From Cyanobacteriota bacterium (lineage in GTDB: Bacteria; Cyanobacteriota; Cyanobacteriia; Thermostichales; Thermostichaceae), in the NCBI GenBank assembly GCA_033764955.1, contig JANRIL010000020.1, positions 64,001 to 128,000 of the forward strand: 64,000 nucleotides of DNA. The letters run 5' to 3'. Made by a program: the position numbers and the translations under genes. Shown piece after piece: positions 1 through 10,434 of the stretch (positions are counted from its first letter, which is position 1; every line of letters begins with the position of its first letter). The notes beneath the pieces were generated by a model, which was not told the DNA's origin, did not search any database, and saw only the letters and a list, made by a program, of their open reading frames with translations.

Positions 1-501
1 TACAACGTCACTGGCGGTGAAGGCTTCATTGTTGATGCTCAGACTGGTGAACTTGGACAAAATACTCCTTTCGATGTTGGTTCCATTTCTGGCAACCTCT
101 TCATTGATACAGGAGCCTATGTCGCTGGTGACACCCCTGTTTACCTGAATACCTTTGTCAACCTAGCTCCTGCCTCTGGACCAGGACCTTTTGCTAGTGC
201 TTTAGAAGGTGAAGGAACTATCTTGGTTGCTTTCCGTAACAACGTGATTGAGCCAAATGGTGCTTTCATTACTCCAGCTGAGCAATTCCCTGCCACTGGC
301 TTCTGCGGACGTGATGAAATAATTGATATCAACGTAGCTGGCACTCAGTTGCTTAACTTTGTTGATACTGCTGGATTCTTTACTACTCCTCAGATTGTGT
401 GGGGTAACCCTGAATCTGCTCTTTGTACTGAGTTGAGCCAAGGAACTGCTCCTGCTGTCTTCCTACAGCCTTTCCCAGAAGGTATCATGTTCCAACCTTA
501 A
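1..501 (+). CDS. 3' part of a larger gene (start outside window); probable secreted/surface beta-rich protein
   Basis: Frame 1 is open from base 1 (YNVTGGEGFIVDAQTGELG...) to TAA at 499-501. It is G/T/A/P-rich with a strong T-ending codon bias. Confidence 0.7.
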   Translation, partial: YNVTGGEGFIVDAQTGELGQNTPFDVGSISGNLFIDTGAYVAGDTPVYLNTFVNLAPASGPGPFASALEGEGTILVAFRNNVIEPNGAFITPAEQFPATGFCGRDEIIDINVAGTQLLNFVDTAGFFTTPQIVWGNPESALCTELSQGTAPAVFLQPFPEGIMFQP

Positions 502-553
502 TCGTTCTATCTAGCCTCACTCTTTGATGTGTAGCTAAATAGGTTTTCAGGTG

Positions 554-581
554 AGAGGGAGATTTATTCTCCCTCTTTTTT
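554..581 (+). terminator. Rho-independent terminator
   Basis: AGAGGGAGA-TTTAT-TCTCCCTCT hairpin followed by a T run. Confidence 0.75.
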
Positions 582-814
582 CATGCGTTATTTTAGTTCG
601 CAAAAGATTGTTGGGTAGACCTATAAATAATTCGAGAAAAGCACTTCTAATATATGTCAAGGTATTGAAAAGCAAAAAATATATGATACTCTTCGCTTAA
701 GAGGATATTTGAATTAAGTCACGATATCTCTCGAAATTCTTAATCCAAGTTAAATGCTTAGGTCTTTACTAAGCCAGCTTCCCTTATCCCAATTTTCATG
801 GAGTAACTGGGCTC

Positions 815-1297
815 ATGTATTTTCAAGAAAAAATAGATAACTATAAAACAAAATCCCTGATTTCTCTAACTAGTCTTGCTGCGGCTTTGGTTATAGCAGG
901 CTGTAGCTCAGAAACCCTAACTACTCAGATCCCATCTACAGCTTCCACCACTTCTGCTAACCTAGCTGCTCCTCCAATTCAAGCCCCTGTCATTTCTAGC
1001 GTCAGACGTAAGGGAGGCTCCTCATTAAGACCCAATCTGACCATTGAAGTTATTGGGGCTAACTTTACTGCCTGTGAGGGATCTTTTGTAACCTTTGGAG
1101 TTGTTACTCCGGTGGGAGCTGTTAATCAGATTATTGCTGTGCCCGCTGAGGAATTTACTATAGTTAATGACAGCTTAATTATTGTTGATCAGCTTCCAAG
1201 AGGGGCAACTCGTTTTTCTGTGACTGTTACTAACGAGTGTGGATCTGACTCTACTCCTTTCCTACTTTTAGGCATTGCTTCATCCATACTTTTTTGA
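815..1297 (+). CDS. Lipoprotein with IPT/TIG-like Ig fold (paralog 1)
   Basis: Lipobox VIAG-C; S/T-rich linker; 'IEVIGANF', 'FTIVNDSLIIV' and 'VTVTN' pattern typical of IPT/TIG domains. Confidence 0.65.
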   Translation: MYFQEKIDNYKTKSLISLTSLAAALVIAGCSSETLTTQIPSTASTTSANLAAPPIQAPVISSVRRKGGSSLRPNLTIEVIGANFTACEGSFVTFGVVTPVGAVNQIIAVPAEEFTIVNDSLIIVDQLPRGATRFSVTVTNECGSDSTPFLLLGIASSILF

Positions 1298-1542
1298 TTG
1301 CCTCGTTAACTTTGAGACAGCTTATCCCCGCATTTTATCGGTTTTCAATTCCTTCTTAGTGTGCACATAAGTTTTTCTAAAGGCATTCTTAATCGAGACT
1401 CCTATCTTGAAAATTTGCCAGCTTATGGTAGTCTTTACTTAGAGGAGATTCCATTAATTTGTGCTTCTTTTCGGGTCAGACTTTAACTGGAACTTCCCTC
1501 ATAAACTCATCACACAAGTGGCTTCTGTTTCTACTTTAAGGA

Positions 1543-2088
1543 GTGAACTTCATGCCCTCTCAAGGAAAATTGACTAGATCCGCAAAACTGGTCGCTTCTC
1601 TAACTGGCCTCAGTGCAGCTTTGGCTATAACTGGATGCTCTACTGGGACTCCAACTGCCAATGCTCCTTCTGTCGCTTCAGAGTCTTCTGTCAGTCTTGT
1701 TTCCCCTGATAGTCTTGCTCCTGTGCTTTCTACTGTTAGTCGGAAGGGCGGATTTTCTGTGCGGCCTGTTCCCCTCCCCACTGAATTGCCCGTGGAATTA
1801 CCTGTTGAAGTGAGATCCCCCATTGTTGTGGAGATTACTGGAAGTAACTTTGAGCAGTGTGGAGGCTCAGTTGTCTCGTTTGGTTTAGTCCGACCTGTTG
1901 TTGCTGATGAAGAAGAGTTTGAAGTTGTTAGCGACAGCATTATTTTGACTGAACTTCCTGGTGGAGGTACTCGGTTTACTATCAATGTCACTAACGGATG
2001 TGGTACAGACAGCACAACCTTCCTCTTAGTTGGTTTAGGCACCCGTGACATTCCACTTCCTACTCCTACTCCTACTGCCGGGAACTAG
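1543..2088 (+). CDS. Lipoprotein with IPT/TIG-like Ig fold (paralog 2)
   Basis: Lipobox AITG-C; collinear similarity to 815-1297 (RKGG, GxNFxxC, TNxCGxDST); PT-repeat tail. Confidence 0.65.
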   Translation: MNFMPSQGKLTRSAKLVASLTGLSAALAITGCSTGTPTANAPSVASESSVSLVSPDSLAPVLSTVSRKGGFSVRPVPLPTELPVELPVEVRSPIVVEITGSNFEQCGGSVVSFGLVRPVVADEEEFEVVSDSIILTELPGGGTRFTINVTNGCGTDSTTFLLVGLGTRDIPLPTPTPTAGN

Positions 2089-2810
2089 GCTTCTTCAACT
2101 GGCATTTACCAGTAACCTGATAGGTCAAGTTAAAAGCTAATTATTGATATCTCTAACAAAGTCTTCCTAGCACTGATAAGCTGAGATTGTCCCTCGCTTC
2201 TGAAGCTAGATTGGCTCATGTTAGAGATTTCTTTTTAAGAGACTTAATTTCTAAATCTTCTGGATTTTGCTATTTTCCCTTATTTACGCCCTGGTTTCTT
2301 CATTAAAAAAGCTGCTGTATTTTGTGCAGCAAACACTAATTAGTTAGTAGGTAAACTCGGTCACTCCTGGGCACGTTGTAAACCCAACCTTAATTGCCAT
2401 ATTAGCTCCAGCAACGGGATCCCTAAGGATGGCTGACTGTCAATATTTCTAGAGAGATCCTGCCTACATACCTGTTTCAAGAGTTGAGATGAAGTAGAGC
2501 GGTAGCAACAACCCTCGGTTGCTGATCTAGATACAAGATTCCAGCGTTAAATCTACGGTAGAGCTGTCATAGTTTTTAGAGGAGTATCAACCTCTGGCTC
2601 AGGAGGTAAAACTGTTTGCTGAAGGGGGTTTTAGGATTGAGAGTTTGAGAGGGAGAAAACACAAGAATTAGGTGAAGTGGTCATCTATAGACTGGGCACA
2701 CCTGCCGGAAAATTCTGAATATCTAACCAAGGAATCGCCAAAACTATAGTTATTTCGATTCAGCCTCGAACAGTATTAACTCTGAATACCTCTATGCTTG
2801 GAGAAGCTTT

Positions 2811-4007
2811 ATGAATCCTGTTGATTTTCCAGCAAATTTACCAACCATTGCTTCTGGCACTACCACGAATAGCGGATTACAAAAGGTGGATGTGGCGATT
2901 GTCGGGGCTGGTATTGTCGGGCTAGCCTATGCGCTGGCGGCGGCCAAACGGGGATGGAAAGTGACGGTGTTTGAGCGCAATCCTTACGCAGTGGGAGCCT
3001 CCATCCGCAATTTTGGCATGATCTGGCCGATTGGACAGCCAATAGGGAAACTTTTGGAGCGAGCCATGCGTTCCCGCCAGATTTGGTTGGAGGTAGCTGA
3101 GGCGGCAGGAATGGATCTGGAAACTTGCGGATCTTTACATCTGGCCTATCGAACTGATGAATGGGCGGTGATCGAGGAATTTGCGGCAACTCGTCAACAG
3201 GCGGGCTATCAGATTGAGCTGTTCAACCCTGCTCAAACTCTTGAAAAAAGTCCGGCGGTGGTCAGCCAAGGGTTGTTGGGATCCCTGTGGAGCGCAACCG
3301 AGATGACCGTGGATCCCCGCCAGGTTATCCGGCAGTTGCCCCGTTATCTCTCAGAAAATTGGGCGGTGCAGTTTCATTTTGGTCAGGTGGTCAACCGAAT
3401 TGAGGGAGGGCACTTATGGGTGGGTGGGCGGGTTTGGCAGGCTGACCAGATCTTGGTCTGTAGTGGTGCAGACTTTGAGACCCTCTACCCCGAACGGTTT
3501 GCTGCCAGTGGTATCACTAAAGTGAAATTACAAATGATGCGGAGCATCCCCCAGCCCGACAACTTTCGGATTGGACCTTCCCTTTGCGGTGGGTTAACCC
3601 TCACCCACTACGAAGCCTTCAGCCATTGTGCCAGCTTGGGATCCCTGAAAGAGCGTATTCAGGAGGAGACCCCCTTTTTCCCAGAGTGGGGGATCCATGT
3701 TATGGTTTCCCAAAATGCTCAGGGAGAATTAACGATAGGTGATTCCCACGAATACGGGTTGAACCCAGAGCCATTTGATCAGGTTCTAATCAACGATAAA
3801 ATTTTAGACTATCTACAATCTTTTGCTCGATTTCCCGATCTCAAAATTGCTCAACTATGGAATGGAGTTTATCCCAAAATTATTGGCAAAACAGAGTGGA
3901 TTGAATGCCCTGAGCCAGGGGTGACGATCATCAATGCCTTAAGTGGAGCAGGTATGACCCTCTCTTTTGGCTTGGCAGAAGAAGTGATAACCACACAGGT
4001 TAGATAA
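2811..4007 (+). CDS. FAD-dependent oxidoreductase, TIGR03364-like (DAO family)
   Basis: GAGIVG FAD motif, GASIRNFG signature, GDSHEY, GAGMTLSFGLAE. Confidence 0.8.
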   Translation: MNPVDFPANLPTIASGTTTNSGLQKVDVAIVGAGIVGLAYALAAAKRGWKVTVFERNPYAVGASIRNFGMIWPIGQPIGKLLERAMRSRQIWLEVAEAAGMDLETCGSLHLAYRTDEWAVIEEFAATRQQAGYQIELFNPAQTLEKSPAVVSQGLLGSLWSATEMTVDPRQVIRQLPRYLSENWAVQFHFGQVVNRIEGGHLWVGGRVWQADQILVCSGADFETLYPERFAASGITKVKLQMMRSIPQPDNFRIGPSLCGGLTLTHYEAFSHCASLGSLKERIQEETPFFPEWGIHVMVSQNAQGELTIGDSHEYGLNPEPFDQVLINDKILDYLQSFARFPDLKIAQLWNGVYPKIIGKTEWIECPEPGVTIINALSGAGMTLSFGLAEEVITTQVR

Positions 4008-4103
4008 AACTTAAATAAATGATTGATGGTTGTTCAGCTCAAGCGGGATCGGATCTCGTCGGCTGACCCCAAATAGCCTGACACCACTCCAGGCAAATCA
4101 TGG

Positions 4104-4598
4104 TTACCATCCCCAGGTACCAGCACCGCCCTTAAACGGCCCAACAATTTTAGAGGTGATCCATCCCCCATAAAAATCCCCCGCTTGGGCTTGCACCACT
4201 TCTCCGTTGACCAGGGCGCGATCCACACGGCTGGGATAAAAAGCCAGGTGATCCCGAATCACCGCAAAGGCCGGGGTGGGATCCCGATAGCTCCAGGCGA
4301 TATTCTCGATACGGCGGGATCCCTGCTGCCAATGCCAGTAGCTAGCCACCCCCTTAAATTCGCAAAAGGATGTGCGAGGAGTGGGCTGCAAAAACTCCAT
4401 CAGGATATCGGTGGCAGGAATGTAGTAGACCGGGGGATGGCTAGTCTCCAAAACCCGCCAGGTTTGACAAGAGTTGGCAATCATTTGCTCCCCTATCCAT
4501 ACACAAATCTGATCGGTGCAGGCTTCGACTCTGGGAGGACGAGGATAATCCCAGACAGATTCTTGACCAGGTTGTGGCGAAATACGGTTGGGGAGCAT
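4104..4598 (-). CDS. DUF427 domain protein
   Basis: ESVWDYPRPP, VLETSHPPVYY, CEFKGVASY, FYGGWIT. Confidence 0.85.
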   Translation of the reverse strand: MLPNRISPQPGQESVWDYPRPPRVEACTDQICVWIGEQMIANSCQTWRVLETSHPPVYYIPATDILMEFLQPTPRTSFCEFKGVASYWHWQQGSRRIENIAWSYRDPTPAFAVIRDHLAFYPSRVDRALVNGEVVQAQAGDFYGGWITSKIVGPFKGGAGTWGW

Positions 4599-4687
4599 GG
4601 TGAGTCAAATGGTGTCAAAAACGATCCTTGCCATCTGCACAATTCCATCCTGTGTGGAGATGCCCTACACAAGAAGATTACAGAAGA

Positions 4688-5491
4688 TTACATAGGAGGC
4701 AGTTGGTCAGGATCGATCCCTTGAGATCGCAAGAATGCCTCCAGACGCTCTGCCCGTTGGTGTTCCTGTTCCGCCCGTTGGTGTTCCTGTTCCGCCCGTT
4801 GGTGTTCCTGTTCTGCCCGTTGGTGTTCCTGTTCCGCCCGTTGGTGTTCCTGTTCCGCCCGTTGTCGTTCTGCCTCTTCCGGCAAAGGAATCAATTCTCC
4901 TGCTGCCGTAAACCAGCGCAGTTGCTCCTCATGGATCCCTAACTGTAACCCCAATTCCTCGCTGGCTAGCCTTCCACCCTCTAGTGGAGCAATAGCCTCA
5001 TACTCACCATTCACCAGGCGAAATCCTGCAAACTCCATCGTCTCAGGATGAAACCAGTAATATTCAGGTAATCGCCACACCTCCTGATAAAGTCTTTTTT
5101 TCGCCCCTTTATCTACCCTGGCAGTGGAATCGGAGAGTAATTCAATCACCACATTGGGATATTTACCCCCCTCTTCCCAAACTGTCCAACTGCGGCGCTC
5201 CTGTTTTGTGGTCGCCAACACAACAAACACATCGGGCCCTAAAAAATCTCTCTGTTTAAGCTGCTGGGTATTGTAATAAACAGTCAAGTTGCCAGAAATA
5301 TAAAAATCTTGTCGTTCCCACCACCAATAATTGAGCAGACGAATTAATAGATCAATCTGGCTGCGGTGAAAGTCGGTTTCCAAGTTCGGCTCATCACTAT
5401 AAAGATTACAGGGGGGCCACTCGACAGGGATCCCAGGATCTAGAATGGAGGGACTCTTATCTAAGTAAACCATGACGAAGTTCTCCATCAA
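4688..5491 (-). CDS. Uma2 family (PD-(D/E)XK) endonuclease with C-terminal coiled-coil repeat
   Basis: GPDVFVV, SWTVWEEGGKYPNVVIELLSDST, EYYWFHP; (QRAEQEH)n tail. Confidence 0.85.
   Translation of the reverse strand: MMENFVMVYLDKSPSILDPGIPVEWPPCNLYSDEPNLETDFHRSQIDLLIRLLNYWWWERQDFYISGNLTVYYNTQQLKQRDFLGPDVFVVLATTKQERRSWTVWEEGGKYPNVVIELLSDSTARVDKGAKKRLYQEVWRLPEYYWFHPETMEFAGFRLVNGEYEAIAPLEGGRLASEELGLQLGIHEEQLRWFTAAGELIPLPEEAERQRAEQEHQRAEQEHQRAEQEHQRAEQEHQRAEQEHQRAERLEAFLRSQGIDPDQLPPM
4752..4864. repeat. 21-bp tandem repeat (5 units plus a partial) coding QRAEQEH heptads
   Basis: Unit GCCCGTTGGTGTTCCTGTTCC read directly, nearly identical copies. Confidence 0.95.
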
Positions 5492-5565
5492 GATTAATTA
5501 TTCAGTATAGCTAGCAGAGGCTAGAGAAAGCTGGATTTTTCGACAGGATCCAGACATCTGAACTC

Positions 5566-6258
5566 CTAGGAACATAGCCTGAGTTTCTGAAGCAATTGTT
5601 CATGCTCAGATGACTGGATCCCTTGTTGCAAAACCCTCAGAACTTGAGGCATATCATCGTGAATCAGAGCATTCATATCTAACCACAGTCCAGGAAAAAT
5701 CCGGCTATGAAGGATCCCGTTTTCGTCTGGAACTTGTTGAATATAGTCACCTTCGATCAGCTCAAACCAGCTTAATTTTTGCTCTAAGACTTGCCAGACA
5801 ATATATTCTTGAACCCCATTGCGACGGTAAACGGTTTTCTTTTCATACAAATCATTCGATACACTACTCGCTGCCACTTCTGCCACAAGTTCTGGGGCAC
5901 CTTCAATGTACCCCTCTTGACTGAGGCGAGATTGTCCCCCAGTTGAAATAAGCAAAACAGCATCCGGTTGAAGTTCATTATCCAAATCTAACTGAACCGT
6001 GGGGTTGTCTCCCATTTTGAGTCCCTTGGTATAAGCTTCATAAGTTCCCAACCAAGTCATGATCTGACCATGAGGTCTGGCATGAGGATCCAGTCTGAGC
6101 GGTGAAGCCACGAAAACGACTCCTTCAATTAGTTCGGCTTTCTTGAGGTGAGGCATGGCGTGATACCGTCGCTCAAATTCGCTCCTCGACAGGTGATCCC
6201 CGCTTTCGAGAGGGGGGGGTGAGGGAGATCGGGAAGTAGCTCTAAGTGTCTGCGGCAT
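5566..6258 (-). CDS. Uma2 family endonuclease
   Basis: LESGDHLSRSEFERRY, KAELIEGVV, QPDAVL, GAPELVAEVAASS, YRRNGVQEYIVW. Confidence 0.88.
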   Translation of the reverse strand: MPQTLRATSRSPSPPPLESGDHLSRSEFERRYHAMPHLKKAELIEGVVFVASPLRLDPHARPHGQIMTWLGTYEAYTKGLKMGDNPTVQLDLDNELQPDAVLLISTGGQSRLSQEGYIEGAPELVAEVAASSVSNDLYEKKTVYRRNGVQEYIVWQVLEQKLSWFELIEGDYIQQVPDENGILHSRIFPGLWLDMNALIHDDMPQVLRVLQQGIQSSEHEQLLQKLRLCS

Positions 6259-6365
6259 CGGGATCCCTAAGTAGTGACCTATGCGCTCAGCTTAACAAAC
6301 CCCTGCTCCTCAGCCCTGAGGAGTGGAGAAAACCTGGCCACTCATTATTTGCTATCTCTTGAACC

Positions 6366-6379
6366 GTAACAAATGCTAC
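6366..6379. promoter_or_regulatory. NtcA-binding site (GTA-N8-TAC) upstream of gdhA
   Basis: GTAACAAATGCTAC followed by an A tract; about 95 bp upstream of gdhA. Confidence 0.6.
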
Positions 6380-6473
6380 AAAAATTACTATTCCGCCACC
6401 GCAGACGATAGGGTAGGAACAGCAAGAACAAGAACTGACTCGCTCCCCTGCTTACTCCTCTCCCCCCTTGACT

Positions 6474-7763
6474 ATGACGGCTTTATCCACCTTGCCCTCA
6501 GCTTCTCCTTCTCCCGCCTATATTTGTCCTCTCGATCAAACCTGTAGCTATCTACAGCAGGCCACGCAAGAATTGGGTCTGGATCCAGGTATCCTGGCTA
6601 TTTTAAGTGCCCCGCGCAAGGTGATCACCGTCTCCATTCCGATTCATCGAGAAAGCGGACAGATTCAGGTGTTGGCGGGGCATCGGGTGCAGCACTGCGA
6701 CGTCCTTGGCCCGTATAAAGGGGGCATCCGCTACCATCCAGCGGTCACCCTAGCGGAGGTGTCTGCCTTGGCAATGTTGATGACTTGGAAGTGTTCGCTC
6801 TTGGGCTTACCCTACGGTGGCGCAAAAGGGGGAATTGCCATGGATCCCAGCCATTACACAGTTGGGGAATTGGAGCGCATCACCCGCCGCTATGCCAGCG
6901 AATTGAGCAAAGATATTGGCCCTTCTACAGATATTCCTGCCCCTGATATGGGAACCTCGGCTCGTGAAATGGCCTGGGTGATGGATACCTATTCTGTGAA
7001 CGTGGGTCATGCCGTACCCGGAGTGGTAACAGGCAAGCCGATCTCAATTGGCGGTTCCTATGGGCGGGAACTGGCCACTGGACGGGGGGTGATGATAGCG
7101 GTGCGAGAAGCCCTGCAAGATCGCGGTCACAGCCTAGCGGGATCCCGTATTGTCATTCAAGGATTTGGCAATGTGGGGGCAGCAGCGGCACTGTTGATGC
7201 ATCAAGCCGGCGCCAAAATTCTAGCGGTTTCCAAAGGAGGGGGGGGACTTTACCATCCCGATGGACTCGATATTCCCGCCCTTAAGCAGTATGTCAAGCT
7301 TCACCACGGCCAATGGACAGGGTTCGCAGGATCCCAGCCCATCAGCAATGCGGAGTTGTTGACATTGCCCTGTGAAGTTCTAGTTCCGGCAGCCCTTGAA
7401 AATCAAATCACCGACCAGAATTGCCAGCAAATTCAGGCACAGATTGTGGCAGAAGCCGCCAATGGACCGGTCACCCTCCCGGCAGATATGAGTTTGACGG
7501 CACGGGGTATTACGGTCTTACCGGATATTTTGACCAACGCGGGTGGTGTGGTGGTCAGTTATCTAGAGTGGGTACAGGGCATTTCCTACTTGTTTTGGGA
7601 TGAAGAACGGGTGAATCACCAAATGGAAGAACTGATGGTGCGAGCCTATCGACGAGTGGTCAAAGAGTCTCAGCAACGGCGGATCCCCTTACGGTTAGCG
7701 GCTTACACCTTGGGTGTCGGCAGAGTCGCTCAGGCTCTCACTGACCGTGGCTTATACCCCTAG
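6474..7763 (+). CDS. gdhA: Glutamate dehydrogenase (Glu/Leu/Phe/Val dehydrogenase family)
   Basis: GPYKGGIRY, GGAKGG, PAPDMGT, GFGNVG, PDILTNAGGV. Confidence 0.9.
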   Translation: MTALSTLPSASPSPAYICPLDQTCSYLQQATQELGLDPGILAILSAPRKVITVSIPIHRESGQIQVLAGHRVQHCDVLGPYKGGIRYHPAVTLAEVSALAMLMTWKCSLLGLPYGGAKGGIAMDPSHYTVGELERITRRYASELSKDIGPSTDIPAPDMGTSAREMAWVMDTYSVNVGHAVPGVVTGKPISIGGSYGRELATGRGVMIAVREALQDRGHSLAGSRIVIQGFGNVGAAAALLMHQAGAKILAVSKGGGGLYHPDGLDIPALKQYVKLHHGQWTGFAGSQPISNAELLTLPCEVLVPAALENQITDQNCQQIQAQIVAEAANGPVTLPADMSLTARGITVLPDILTNAGGVVVSYLEWVQGISYLFWDEERVNHQMEELMVRAYRRVVKESQQRRIPLRLAAYTLGVGRVAQALTDRGLYP

Positions 7764-9232
7764 CTAGGCCAATGCAACCACTCCGCTAGAAAGGGTGGCA
7801 TGGGCAGCAAGATCATGATCATCAAAAACAGAGCCACCAATACCCAAATCTCACGACTATCATCAATCTCGGTGATTTCATTCAAAGGAGGGCGTTCCGG
7901 TTCTCGCACCAAAAATAAAATCAACAAAGCCCAATAGAGCGCCACAATATTACTCAGGGAGGCAATGGCTAAAAAGATTAAGCTGACCACAGTTGTCCGT
8001 CCGGCAGTTTTGCGACCATAGACCGCCTGAACCAAGCGCCCTCCATCCAACTGTCCGGCAGGTAACAGGCTCAACGCCGTGATGCCCAATCCAATCCACC
8101 CCACCGCTACCAGAGGATGGATGCCAATAACATCGGACTGAAGAGCGGATCCCATGACCATCTGGGCTAGTGTACCCACTAAAATTGAGCTGCGAAACAA
8201 AACGGTGGGTAGATAAATCTCTCCCATCTGACCAGACCAAAGCAGTCCCACCAATAGCAGACCCAGGGATAAAAGACCTCCCACCGCAGGCCCTGCCAGC
8301 GCGATATCGAATAGAGCGCGTCGATCAGGAAGTGGAGATTCGATACGGTTAAGGGATCCCAATGTGCCGATGCCCGTGGTGGGAATGAGAAAGAGCGGGC
8401 TAAGGCGCACCCCATAGCGCTTCGCCATCAGATGATGCCCTAATTCATGCCCCAGCAAAGTCGCCAAAATCCCGATCGCAATGGGCAGCGCTTCCCACCA
8501 CCGCCCGGCTGCCTCCATCAGGCGAAAGCCCAGCAAATTTGCCCCAACTTCTAAAGTCGTCAAACAACTTGCTAACCCTAACCCCGTCGCCAACGCCCAA
8601 ATTCCGTAGGAGGTGGGTTGATTCACCACCGATGCGGGCAACACCACCACGGCAGGCTTCTCCTGAGTATCCTCCACCAAAAACAGGCAAAACCCTTCCC
8701 CGATTACCTGCCGCAATCGCTCCGTCAGCCGCTCCAAAGCGACTTGGGGATCCAGCCGTAAATTTCCCTTAAAGATTGCCCCCTGTCCATAGGGGATCCG
8801 TTCCGTGACAAAAAAGCTATCCACCCCAAAAATAGCCTCTATCGCCTCTCGATCTTGAGCGGTCAGGCTGGTTTTGGTTTGGCTCTGACCAGAGTCTCCC
8901 TCCTCTCTGGCTAGCTCCAAGTCTAGAGAAAGCGACTCGCCTGAGTGTCCCTGGTTAGCTAGCTCCTCCTTTGCCAAGCGCCGTACCCAGCCACCCAACA
9001 AAATATAAAGTCCGGTAAAGAGCAACAGACTAAATATGAATCCTGCCACATTCCAAGAAATGCCCAAAGCTGGCAAGCCCAAAGACAACACCCAAGGCAG
9101 GATCAGCAGGAGGCTTTGCAGCCATGCTAAGAGAGCCACCCGTCCCCGCTTCCAGGCTCGTCGCAATCCCCAGCCCAAAAAGGCCAGCGCTGCCACCATC
9201 AAGAGTGGGGTGATTTCATTGACAATGTTCAT
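7760..9232 (-). CDS. Site-2 (M50) membrane metalloprotease, EGY-like
   Basis: HELGH zinc motif, AGP, LLPAGQLDGG, multiple TM segments. Confidence 0.88.
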   Translation of the reverse strand: MNIVNEITPLLMVAALAFLGWGLRRAWKRGRVALLAWLQSLLLILPWVLSLGLPALGISWNVAGFIFSLLLFTGLYILLGGWVRRLAKEELANQGHSGESLSLDLELAREEGDSGQSQTKTSLTAQDREAIEAIFGVDSFFVTERIPYGQGAIFKGNLRLDPQVALERLTERLRQVIGEGFCLFLVEDTQEKPAVVVLPASVVNQPTSYGIWALATGLGLASCLTTLEVGANLLGFRLMEAAGRWWEALPIAIGILATLLGHELGHHLMAKRYGVRLSPLFLIPTTGIGTLGSLNRIESPLPDRRALFDIALAGPAVGGLLSLGLLLVGLLWSGQMGEIYLPTVLFRSSILVGTLAQMVMGSALQSDVIGIHPLVAVGWIGLGITALSLLPAGQLDGGRLVQAVYGRKTAGRTTVVSLIFLAIASLSNIVALYWALLILFLVREPERPPLNEITEIDDSREIWVLVALFLMIMILLPMPPFLAEWLHWPS

Positions 9233-9330
9233 GGTTGAGCAGAGTGACAGGGCAAAAGGGGTGCATCCTTCAGCTTATCAAACCCCTTCTCCTCTCTTGT
9301 TGGCAGGTTGGTTGGCTTAACCGGGCTGGC

Positions 9331-10434
9331 CTAGCCGAGGGCGGGTTGTCCGACCGCCGCCGCGGATGGGGTTTGCTGCATCCGGCGCGTGATAGGGCTG
9401 GGGAGAGGTTTGATCAGGAATAAGCGCAGAAACTCCAGGGCATTGGCGGCGTAAAAAGGTAGCTTGCGGAGGGTTTTCAGGGATCCCTCTCCACGGGCAA
9501 TGGCTCTGAGGCGGTGATTGTTGGCGACACAGCGATCCAGCGCCGCCACAAACTCGGGATGCTCGACATGCAAAACCACCGGGAACACCTTGCCAGCATC
9601 CGCATTCGTTTTGCGGATCACTTCCAGATCATAGGTTTTCGGATCTAACCCCAGTAGTTGGTAAAACTCAGGTCGCTCCGCCACATCATTCAGATACATC
9701 GTGGCAAACACCGACAACAAAAAGAAGCGACACCAGAGGTGAGCCGCCAGCCCTCGCAACAGCTTCGGCTGACTCGAGAGCATCAACGAAAAGAAATCCC
9801 CATGCCGACTTTCGTCCTGGCACCAGTTCTTGAAGAAATTAAAGATGGGGTAAACCCGATGTTCGGGATGGGCTTCTAGGTGACGATAGATCAAGATATA
9901 GCGCCAGTAGCCAATCTTCTCAGACAGATAGGTGGCGTAGAAAATAAAGCGGGGGGCAAAGTAGGTATAAGACTTGTTTTTGGTCAAAAAGCCCAAATCC
10001 AGAGCCAAATCAAAGTCACTCATGGCTCGATTGAGGAACCCAGCATGACGAGCTTCATCTCGGCTCATCAGATTAAAACACTCCGCCAAGACCGGACTGC
10101 TCTGCTTCAGCTTACGGGATAGTTCCTTATAGAGCAGAAAGCCAGAGAACTCAGCGGTGCAGGAGCGCTCCAAAAACTCCACAAACAACCGCCTCACCTC
10201 TGGATCTAGGTGATCCCACGATTGCTCAAACTCGGATCCCCGCACAAAGTGGTGTTGGTTATAGTCGGTGCGAAACTCCTTGAGCATCGCCTCAAACTCA
10301 GCCGCTGAGCCACCGATATCCATCCGGGCAATCGCCTCAAAATCAGTGGTGTAAAAACGCGGGGTCAAGATATTCTCGCTGGGAACACGAGCTTGAGTAT
10401 CAGCAGGTTTGGGGGAGAGGGTAGCAGAGGTCAT
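9331..10434 (-). CDS. acsF: Mg-protoporphyrin IX monomethyl ester aerobic oxidative cyclase
   Basis: [32 protein letters not shown] and DESRHGD di-iron motifs. Confidence 0.95.
   Translation of the reverse strand: MTSATLSPKPADTQARVPSENILTPRFYTTDFEAIARMDIGGSAAEFEAMLKEFRTDYNQHHFVRGSEFEQSWDHLDPEVRRLFVEFLERSCTAEFSGFLLYKELSRKLKQSSPVLAECFNLMSRDEARHAGFLNRAMSDFDLALDLGFLTKNKSYTYFAPRFIFYATYLSEKIGYWRYILIYRHLEAHPEHRVYPIFNFFKNWCQDESRHGDFFSLMLSSQPKLLRGLAAHLWCRFFLLSVFATMYLNDVAERPEFYQLLGLDPKTYDLEVIRKTNADAGKVFPVVLHVEHPEFVAALDRCVANNHRLRAIARGEGSLKTLRKLPFYAANALEFLRLFLIKPLPSPITRRMQQTPSAAAVGQPALG

Noticed and set aside
2149..2228. ATCTCTAACA...TGTTAGAGAT inverted repeat resembling attC core sites
   Set aside because: Inner arms pair poorly and share no motif with the other attC-like sites.
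4752..4864. Possible CRISPR array
   Set aside because: Contiguous 21-bp units with no spacers, in frame within the Uma2 gene.
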